Of a DNA stretch of 64,000 bases, positions 1-9,700 are shown piece after piece (the stretch's first letter is position 1; each line of letters starts with the position of its first letter). Below the pieces are notes generated by a model. That model was not told the DNA's origin, searched no databases, and was given only the letters and a program-made list of their open reading frames with translations. Where the stretch lies: the NCBI RefSeq assembly GCF_965641715.1, contig NZ_OZ282453.1; one strand, given 5' to 3'. Origin of the DNA: Escherichia coli. Lineage in GTDB: Bacteria; Pseudomonadota; Gammaproteobacteria; Enterobacterales; Enterobacteriaceae. Both the position numbers and the translations under genes were made by a program.

Positions 1-457
1 GGCTCATCACTTTCTGATGGATGAAGAAATCCTGCCAGTATGTAGCCCGGAATACGCTCAAAGACATGCTTTAACCAACACTGTAATTAACCTGCGTCAC
101 TGTACGTTTCTCCATGACAGACAGGCATGGAGCAACGACTCCGGTACGGATGAATGGCATAGTTGGGCGCAACATTATGCGGTTAATTTGCCGACATCTT
201 CTGGAATTGGCTTTGATCGCTCTGATTTAGCCGTTATCGCCGCAATGAATCATGTTGGGGTGGCGATGGGAAGAAAACGCCTGGTACAAAAAAGGCTTGC
301 CAGTGGTGAGCTCGTCGCGCCGTTTGGCGATATGACGGTGAAATGCCATCAGCATTATTACATCACCACATTACCGGGCAGGCAGTGGCCAAAAATTGAG
401 GCATTTATTACCTGGTTAAGAGAACAGGTAAGTCAATATGAATGTTATACCTTATAA
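1..457 (+). CDS. dsdC: LysR-family transcriptional regulator, C-terminal portion (DsdC-like); 5' end outside window
   Basis: Reading frame open to the window edge; translation resembles a LysR effector-binding domain; sits beside the torI end of the argW prophage as dsdC does in K-12. Confidence 0.55.
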   Translation, partial: AHHFLMDEEILPVCSPEYAQRHALTNTVINLRHCTFLHDRQAWSNDSGTDEWHSWAQHYAVNLPTSSGIGFDRSDLAVIAAMNHVGVAMGRKRLVQKRLASGELVAPFGDMTVKCHQHYYITTLPGRQWPKIEAFITWLREQVSQYECYTL

Positions 458-852
458 TACATTAAATCATCTGGTTTCTAAATAACCTTATTATGCACTG
501 TAAGTGTATGTTGGCTTTATAAATTGCAATTTTTATATGGGAATTGTTTTGTCAATAGTTACGAAAAGGATAAATAAAATAACCACATCTTCTTGGCGTC
601 GAATATTGGAGAGCGATAATTTATAGTAAACTAGATTACCAGAGAAAAGATAAGTAGCAATATATTTGCTGGTGGCATTTTTATTAAATATTATATGTGT
701 TGGTTTGTGACTTTAAAAAAATTAATTATTTAATAAAAAGGTGATTTATTTCTTATTTTGATTAATCTTGAGGATCCATTATGATTATCAGTTGTATGTC
801 ATAAAAATGAGGGGCTAAAAGCCTCAATGAATTGAGGCCTTTAGAACAGGGG

Positions 853-1422
853 TTATATCTTCTTTATATCTAACACATCACCCTCCCATACTCGTTTAAA
901 TCTTGCTGCATTACTGGCTGTATATAATACCGTATGATGTATATTTCTGTGCCCTAAATAATCTTGTATTAGTCTGGTGTCTAACCCTTGATTAGCTAAA
1001 GCATACCCACAACCATGCCTAAGCATGTGAGGATGAATATTAATATTCATATTGTGACTATATTTCTTACACATCTTATACACATATTGTCTCGATATTT
1101 TATTTCCTTGACAAGAAAGAAATAAAGAGTCTTCAAAAGGTTTTTTTACTATGTTATCACGTAGTGCTAGCCATTTTTTTAATAACAGAACAGTTTCTTT
1201 TTGCAGGGGATGTACTGTGGATAATCCATTTTTTAAACGCTTGATATATATTGCTGACTCTGAAAAGTCAATGTCGCTAATCTTTAGTGCAATAAGCTCG
1301 CTTACCCTAAGGCCATGTACATATGCCATTTGTAACATGGCTTTATCTCTAATTTCATTTTTTGAACCGTTGATGGCTTCAAAAAATAACAACCATTCAC
1401 TATGAGTAATAAATTTGCGCAT
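853..1422 (-). CDS. ipbA: FimB/FimE-family tyrosine site-specific recombinase
   Basis: 189 aa; translation has the Fim-recombinase pattern (FHGLRVSEL, HPHMLRHGCGYALA, LIQDYLGHRNI, tyrosine near C-terminus); gene symbol tentative, from memory of the UPEC ipu locus. Confidence 0.8.
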   Translation of the reverse strand: MRKFITHSEWLLFFEAINGSKNEIRDKAMLQMAYVHGLRVSELIALKISDIDFSESAIYIKRLKNGLSTVHPLQKETVLLLKKWLALRDNIVKKPFEDSLFLSCQGNKISRQYVYKMCKKYSHNMNINIHPHMLRHGCGYALANQGLDTRLIQDYLGHRNIHHTVLYTASNAARFKRVWEGDVLDIKKI

Positions 1423-2169
1423 AATATTACCAGTTATACTAATTAAGTTAAAAAATAAACTATAAATACCAGAGCCTGGTATTATTGCTTGTTTTTTATA
1501 AGCAAATAATGAGCTGGGGTTTAAATTATGCCACTAAATGGATATTCATCAATACCCCGCCAGAGAGATAGTTGCCCAGGGGGTATAGATTATTATTAGT
1601 CAACCAATGAGCATAAATAAGCACAAGGAGGTGTGTATTGCGAATAGTAATTCAATGCCATGCTGGTAGTTTTTTTGTGGTGAAAATATTTGTACCTTTT
1701 TGTTTACGGATGAAAAATAAACAGCCATATTATTTTGGTTAATTGTTGTGTTAGTTTTAACACTCGGTGATGTTTTTTGTTATAGTGCATTAATTTTTAA
1801 ATAAAAAAATTCATACATTCATGGATGTAATATATACAAGATGCAATGTTAATTTTAGATAAAATATTAATTGCATTGGATACTTTTTAAATATGCCGAT
1901 GTTGAGCTTAATTTTATGAGGGAGTGCTATTTCGGGTTGTAGGACTTTTTTATAATCATCTTATGGGCTCTTTATATTTAAAGGAGGGTTTTGAACGATA
2001 GGTACATAACGAAGGTTGTTTATATGCGTTTACAAACTATTAATTAGATTAGGTGAATTTTAATAAATTAATCTATAATCATACAGCAACTATATGAATT
2101 ATATTATTGACTAAATGTAATTCTTTCATCATAGTTGACATGGCTATTTTATATAAATAGAGGTGATTT

Positions 2170-2799
2170 ATGCAAAACAGAAAATTTTTAACGCATCATG
2201 AAATTAATTTACTACTTCAATCTGTAAAACAAAAGAGTTGCTCTTCACGCGATGTTTGCATGATTTTATTGGCTTATTTTCATGGTCTGCGTGTTAGTGA
2301 GCTCTTATCTCTGCAGTTGTCGGATTTAGAACTAACTACAGAAAAAATATATATTCAACGGATAAAAAATGGATTCAGTACAGTCCATCCACTTCAAAAG
2401 GAAGAGGTGATTGCAATAACAAACTGGCTGAATGAAAGGAATTCATTAAATGTTAAACATTTCAATGATAACCCGTGGTTATTTGTTTCCCGAACAGGAA
2501 AACCATTATCGAGACAACGATTTTATAACATAGTTTCTGCTGCGGGTAAAAATGCAGGTTTAAATATTAAAGTTCATCCACATATGTTACGCCATGCATG
2601 TGGTTATTCACTAGCAGATAATGGTGTGGATACCCGTCTTATTCAGGACTATCTCGGGCATCGTAATATCAGGCATACGGTAATTTATACTGCTTCTAAT
2701 TCAATGAGATTTGAAAAAATGTGGGGGAGAGGTGACGCAAAAAAGCAACATTTTGACCCAAAATGTAAACCCAATCTTTGTTTAGAAATTCTCGTATAG
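2170..2799 (+). CDS. ipuA: FimB/FimE-family tyrosine site-specific recombinase with a C-terminal extension running into the candidate switch
   Basis: 209 aa; same recombinase motifs (HPHMLRHACGYSLA, LIQDYLGHRNIRHTVIYTAS); last ~20 codons overlap the left inverted repeat; symbol tentative. Confidence 0.8.
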   Translation: MQNRKFLTHHEINLLLQSVKQKSCSSRDVCMILLAYFHGLRVSELLSLQLSDLELTTEKIYIQRIKNGFSTVHPLQKEEVIAITNWLNERNSLNVKHFNDNPWLFVSRTGKPLSRQRFYNIVSAAGKNAGLNIKVHPHMLRHACGYSLADNGVDTRLIQDYLGHRNIRHTVIYTASNSMRFEKMWGRGDAKKQHFDPKCKPNLCLEILV

Positions 2800-3033
2800 A
2801 AAAACATTTTTTTCTATAAAAAACATTAAATTTACTGATTTAGATCAATGTGTGGCGTCAATCTACACATAAAGAGGTAGATTTGTCTTCTTTTTAATCT
2901 CTGGCGTATAAAGCCAAAATGTAAATAACAATCAAAATTATATTCTGAATTAAAATAAATACGCAGGTTTTTTACCTGCGTTTTGTGCTATTTATAGTTA
3001 ATTAAATTAATGTTGTCAAAATGGGTCATTTTG
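2749..3033. promoter_or_regulatory. ipuS: Candidate invertible promoter element (ipuS-like switch) between recombinase and regulator genes
   Basis: Inverted repeats cattttgac (2749-2757) / gtcaaaatg (3015-3023) and caaaatg (2759-2765) / cattttg (3027-3033) flank ~270 bp of AT-rich DNA; tgtaaacc follows both copies. Confidence 0.5.
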
Positions 3034-3116
3034 TAAACCTGTGCCTCAAGGTTTGTCTCCCCCCGGTGTGCAAAGCAAAAGGAAATTGGGAAAGGGGATA
3101 ACAGGAAATTGATTGC

Positions 3117-3737
3117 ATGGTTTTGATTACGACGACAAAAAATATTTTTATAATTCAAGCAATTAAGAGTATGCGTTGGCGGGGTTTTTCGTACGTGAAA
3201 GTCATCGCTGTGGACGACTATTCTTCTCTGATTCGTGATTTTGGCACATCTTGCTTTCGGGATGAGCAATCGTTGTTGTTACCTGTATTCCCTGATAATG
3301 ATTCTACTACCTGTATACGCTCACTGTATTTCATTCACCAATGGCTAAAAAGCCAGCCTGTCAATATTCCGTGCCTGGCATGGGGGGATAATGGTGTAGT
3401 TAGTAATAAAGGCATACCTTTCATACCGTGGAAATTAACAGCAGAGCAATTTTGTTTCTATATAGATAAATTTATCAATGGCTGGAGGTGCAAAAAAAAT
3501 ATTCGCGCGAATCATAAAGTTTCTTTTTTAGAACGACAATTATCCCCGAGGGAGAAAAGTATCTTTATATATACCAAGGAAGGAAAAGATATTGCATGGA
3601 TCTCGAACACCTTGGGTATATCCAGTAAGACTGTGTGGACGCATCGTCGTAGAGCTATGGATAAACTCGGGGTAAAACGTTTACATCAATTTATAAATAT
3701 TCCGCGTTCCCTTATTAGTGAAAATATTCAATTATAA
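3117..3737 (+). CDS. ipuR: LuxR/GerE-type transcriptional regulator (response-regulator-like N-terminus, C-terminal HTH)
   Basis: C-terminal SPREKSIFIYTKEGKDIAWISNTLGISSKTVWTHRRRAMDKLGV resembles a LuxR HTH; N-terminal VIAVDDYSSLIRD resembles a receiver domain; true start may be the Met at 3171. Confidence 0.75.
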   Translation: MVLITTTKNIFIIQAIKSMRWRGFSYVKVIAVDDYSSLIRDFGTSCFRDEQSLLLPVFPDNDSTTCIRSLYFIHQWLKSQPVNIPCLAWGDNGVVSNKGIPFIPWKLTAEQFCFYIDKFINGWRCKKNIRANHKVSFLERQLSPREKSIFIYTKEGKDIAWISNTLGISSKTVWTHRRRAMDKLGVKRLHQFINIPRSLISENIQL

Positions 3738-3761
3738 TGTACGTTCAAGAGTATTAGTGTT

Positions 3762-6700
3762 ATGAATAAAATATATAAAGTCATTTGGAACCATACAACC
3801 CAAAAATGGGATGTTGTGTCAGAATTGACGAGTTGTAGAAAAAAATGTAAATCAACTCGCTTAGGAATTGCTTTATCAGCAATGGTTCTGGGGGGCGTTA
3901 TTGCAATTAATTGCAATAACGCAATGGCAGATGTCATATTGTCACCAGACTGGCGTCCGGGTACGAATAACTCGGGTGTTGGGGCTGCAACAGTAAGTGG
4001 TAAAACCGAATACATCACTGGTCCAAATGTCGTCCAGTCTGGTGGGTCAGGTCTTATCTGGATGACTGTAGAACAGGCAATTTTAAATGGCTACACCACT
4101 GGAGATAATTTATCCGGATTGATTTACGTCAATACCGGAGAAAAAACAAAAACCATTACAGTGAAGGATGAGGTTACTGGTGCTTCTCAAACACTTCAAG
4201 TGTTTGATACTGACTCTTTCTCACAACGCGATGCGGGGACTGGGGGAAATGAAACCATTCCTGGTTTTAGTGGCACTGCGGATTTTTTCAATGCGACACG
4301 TTTTGTAACAGCTAATAATGGCGGTACAGCTATTTTGGATGTGGGTTCACCAGCAATCGGTAATTTTTTTAAAAATACACAGCTTGCTGTAGCTGATGGA
4401 GAAGGTTCCTCTGTTGTATGGAACTCGGTCAATGATTTTTATTTTCAGCCTGGTGCAACCATGCAGGGGGGCGGCGTTACTCAAAAAATCATTGACTCAA
4501 TGAAATATGCTGGAACAATTACTGATTGGGCGGGAAAAGTACACCATATTAACTCTCTTGATGATTTAAAGCAATATAATCAATATTTGATAAAGTCACT
4601 AGAGGACAAAACGCTATCTTATAAGCAGTATGATGCTGAATTTAATAAGGCCCTTATTGTCACTAAGCATAATTACAATGTGGATATGACCGCTGGGGGA
4701 CGCATAGACTCAACGCCTTATAAAGAAAATGTAGGGTTGCTAGCTGTTCTCCAGGCAACCAATAACGCACGGGCGATATTAGGTAAAACGGGTAAATTAA
4801 CTGGAGTTCTTCCTGCCTATGGGAATGGAGGAGGGATCGTTGCAACTAATGGTGGGACCGGTGTTAATGAAGGGGTCATTGATGCCATTGGTACTGAAAT
4901 GATTGCCTATCAAGACAGTACCATTGTTAACGATGGTACACTTTATGTTTGGGATAATAATAATAAATATGCTCTCCAGGCGGAGGGGATGGTTGCTGGG
5001 AGTAATAACTCATCAGCCATTAATAATGGTGTCATTAATATTCGCCCATTTAAAAATGCTTTCGCACCAGAGGGGATTAACACCGCAATTGTTGTTAGCA
5101 ATGGAGGCATGGCAACAAATAATGGCACGATAAATATTACTGCTGATGCATCAACTAATGATAATCATGGCAAAACACGAGGTGTAAATGTTGGAGCAGG
5201 AGGCTCTTTTATTAACTCGGCCTTAGGGAACATCAATATAGGTATTGCGGAGGATAAAACTGCGACTCATTCGGCTGTGGGTTCTGTTGCGATTGAAGTA
5301 CAAAATGGTGCAAACAAAGTCGTTAATGAAGGTACTATTCTTTTGGGCACGGGGGCTCAGGGGAACTACGGAATCCTGGCAAAGGATGCCGGGACTGTTG
5401 ATGTGGTAAATACAGGGACTATCACTATTGACGGTCATGACAGTGATGCACCTGCACTGAATGTTGGCATGCTGGCAAATAATAGCTCCGGGATGAAAAA
5501 CTCCGGGATTATCAATGTTAATGGTCTGAACAGTACCGGGCTACAGGTAATCAATGCAGGGCAATTAAATTCTGACGGTACGATAAATGTTGGCGGCAAG
5601 GGTATCAGTAGTGGTTTCCGTAACTATGGTGCCTGGGTGGAAGGTGCCGGAAGCAATGTTAATGTATCCGGAAAAATCAGTCTTGCCGGTACGGGGGCTG
5701 TGGGGGTTTTTGCTAAAGATGGCGGCAGTCTGACCCTGTCAGGCAATGGTGCAGTGCTATTTGGCAGCAGCGATCAGATAGGCTTTTATGTCTATGGAAA
5801 GGACTCTGCCATTCATAATACCGGAAGCGGTGTTATGGATGTGTCCACTGAAAACTCAACATTATTCCGTATTGCCAGCGGTGCGACATTCCAGGGAACT
5901 GCAGATGCTTCTTCTGCACTTACGGCGTCTGGTAAGAACTCTTATGCACTTATTGCCACGGGGAAATCGGATGGCGGTGTGGCCTCGACAGTAACGTCTG
6001 GAGGAATGACCATCAACCTGACGGGTGAGGGGGCTACAGCGACTTTAATTGAAGGGGGAGCGCAGGGCACAATTGAAAGTAATGCCATTATCAATATGGA
6101 TAATGCCAGTGCGATAGCCGGTATTGCGGATGGCAATGGCTATGATATTTCCGGCAAACTCATTAATCCGAAGGACAAGACCACACTATTAACGGCGGGG
6201 GCTCAGTTAAGTTCCACCCAGGATAAAGTGACCGGGTATATCGCCCGTAATGGGGCCACTCTAAATAATACCGGTAATATCATCTTTACTGGAAAGAATA
6301 CAGTGGGCGTCCGGGTTGAGGAGGGGGCTGTTGGTACCAACAGCGGAAATATTACAGTTCAGGATGGTGGTGTGGGACTAATTGCTAATGCCACACAAGA
6401 TGTTACAACGATTAATAACTCGGGAAATCTCGTTCTCAAGGGGGGAGATAATGCTAACCGTACAACGGGTATAAAAGCATCTGGTACAACAACAACGGTT
6501 AATATGACCGCGGGTACTATATCTTTGCAGGGACAGGGGGCGATTGGCGTTGAGGCCAGCAATAAAGGGACTGTTAACCTTGATGGTTCGGCAGTACCGA
6601 ACTTTGCTGCTGACGGCTCTGGTATTACCGATCAGATTGCTTTTCGTATTATCGGAGATGGTGCAACCATTAAGACGAATATTGCACCGGGAACTCTGCT

Positions 6701-9700
6701 GGATGCCAGTGGGGAACGTTCTGTACTTTTCCGTATTGAAGATGGGGCAAAACAGGCCGGCTCTCTGCTGATGAAAACCTCCGGGACAGGCAGCCGTGGT
6801 ATCTGGGCCACAGGGAAAGGGAGCAATGTCCTGGCTGAGGCTGGCAGTGATTTCCAGATCCTGGGGGCTCAGGCTCAGGGATTATATGTAACTGGTGGTG
6901 CGACAGCGACGCTGAAACAGGGGGCATCAGTTAACCTTGTAGGGGATGGCGCTGTTGTCGCGGAAGTTGACGGAAATGAATACGCTCTGGATGGCAGTAT
7001 TACACAAACGAATACTGGCTCGGTTATTGCCAATGAGGCAGATATCTCTTCGCCGCTGAATAATGCCAAGGGCTTTATTACGCGTAATCAGGGACTGTTG
7101 ATTAACAGCGGCAACATTGATTTCACTACCGGTACAGATAATATCGGCGTCTGGGTTGATAATGGTCGTTTTGAAAATACAGGAAGCCGTATAGCGGTCA
7201 ATGGCGTTGCATTATTTGTTGAAGGTGAACACGCTCAGATTACCAGCACGGGAGGGGATATCGTCGCTGTGGATGGTGAGGCTGCCATTAAGCTGGGGGC
7301 GGGCGCGTCACTGAACCTGGCAGGGAGTGGCCTGGGAACGATCGAAGGTCAGAAAAATGCGCATGGCATCCTGCTGGATACAGGGGCTGTGGGGCTGGTT
7401 ATTGATGGTGCGAAAATCAATGTTAATGCTGCAGGTGCGGTCGGTCACGGGATTGAGAACCGTGCAGAAATTGAAGGCATTCAGTTAACCAATACGACTG
7501 AAATTAATGTGGCTGATGGCATTGGTGTGCGAACTTCTGCTTCTCTGGCCAAGACCAACAGCGGCACTATTAATGTAGACGGCAGTGGAATTGCACTGGC
7601 GTTCCAGAAAGCTGACGGAAGTGAAACCGATAATAACCTGGATATGTCTGACTCCGCTGGATTAGTCATTAATCTGAAAGGCACGGGCGGCACGGGTATT
7701 TTTGCCAACACTAAAGATGGTGCTGTCGTGAAGAGTGGTGCAAGTGTCAATGTTACACAGGCCGATGGCGGTTCCGCTCTGGTGGTTAACAATGCGGCCA
7801 GTGAAGTGGTTCAGAGCGGTAATCTCATCTCTGCTTCTCTGAGTCATGCCGTAGTGGATGCTTCAAAAGCACAGTCCTTTACCAATAAAGGTCAGATTAA
7901 AGCTGCGTCCGCCACCGGGACTGCAATGGCGTTTGATGACGCAGTGAATACCACCGTACTGAATGACAGCGGTGCTGAAATTCAGGGGGTTGTGGCTCTG
8001 AACGGCGGTGATAACACATTCACCAATAAAGGCAGTATTACCGGAACCGTCAGTGCAAAAGAGGGTAACAATACATTTTTATTTGATGATGGCAGCATAC
8101 TGACAGGAGAAGTGACTGCAGGAAATGGCAATAACAATGTAACGCTCAATGGTAAGGCTCATGTTGATAAGGTTACTGCCGGTACCGGGAAGAACACCTT
8201 CACCATTAAAGGCGAAGGGGCAACCTGGAACCTGCTGGATGGCGGGCAGGGAGATTCTGATTCCCTGATTTTTGATAACGCCATTCATACGCTGGATTCT
8301 GTTGTAAAACTACAGAATTTTGAACATGTCGGGCTGAAGAACAGTTCACTTGTCACTCTGAAGGAAGCTCTTGTGCTGACCGATGGGGGGACCGGTCCGG
8401 GTTCCGTCGATATTGAATCGGGCAGCGAACTGGCCATTATTCCCGCAGTTGCAGGCAACTTTACCTTTGATCCACTGTTAACAGGCAAAGGAACACTGTC
8501 TGCCCGTCTTGATGCCGACACATCTGCTTTTGAATTCAGCCATAACGTCGGGGATCAATTTGCCGGAACTCTGAAGCTGGGTACCAGTAGCTTTGCTCTG
8601 GAAGGGCTGAATACGAGCGGGTTAACCCATGCAATGCTGATGTCTGAAACCGGGAATATCACAACGGTTGGCTCCGGTGTTCAGCAGATTGGCGGTCTTG
8701 GGTTCAATGGCGGAACGCTGATTTTTGGTTCCGTTATGCCGGGCGATACCATTGCCAGCAACAGTATTGAAACCTCTGCTGCAGGTACGCTGGATATCCG
8801 GGGGAAAGGCACAATTCAGGTCACCATGCCAGATGAAGTGATTAATGATATTCCGGCTGTTGATACCCGTAAGAATTTGCTGGAGCAGGATGATGCGCAG
8901 ACCCTGGTCACACTGGTGAATGCAGCGGGTACCGTCACCGGTACTGGCGGGCAACTGCAACTGGTGGATGAAAACGGGCAGGCTATTTCTCACAGTCAGA
9001 CGTTTGATGTCACTCAGGGCGGTGAAGTTGTAGCTCAGGGAAATTATGACTATAAGCTGCTGGGAAGCTCCGACGGTATTAAAGGTGACGGACTGTACAT
9101 AGGCTATGGGCTGAAGTCGCTGGATTTACAGGGAACCGGTGATAAAGCGCTGGTGCTGACACCGAGAGCGAATGCCCAGGGACTGCAGACAGATCTTGGC
9201 GCACAGTTAACGGGGGCAGGGGATCTGGCCATCGAAGCTGCGGGGCAGGTTGTCACACTGTCTAACGGCGGTAATAACTACACCGGGGATACGCTGGTGC
9301 GCAGCGGCACATTACAGATGGCAAATGATAATGTACTTGGCGCAACAGGTAATCTGAACGTCGCCAGCAATGCAGTCTTCAGAACAAACGGATACAGCCA
9401 GACTGTCGGTGCACTGCAGACAGAAACGGGAGCGCACATTCAGCTTGATAGCGGTAGTGTACTAACGGTCAGCGGCACGCAGCGTCAGCCGGGGGATGAT
9501 AATGGTGGCATCATTGAAAACAATGTGCTGTCCGGTGAGGGAACGCTGGCTGTCACGGGCAGCAATCTGACGGTACATGGCACCAATATCGGGTTTACCG
9601 GTAATGCCAGCCTTACCCAGGGGGCGCTGGTTGAAATGAACGGCGCACAGGGGCTGGGAAGCCAGGGCTCCATCAGCTTTGAAAGCCTTAGTGATCGCCT

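Noticed and set aside
459..852. Looked for a third copy of the argW att core marking a boundary of the adhesin island next to dsdC
   Set aside because: No match to atggtgtcccctgcag; only an AT-rich intergenic region with a 16-bp palindrome (cctcaatgaattgagg) that is more likely a terminator for the adjacent recombinase gene.
1151..1405. Plus-strand 84-aa ORF
   Set aside because: Entirely antisense to the recombinase gene 853-1422, whose product has clear family motifs.
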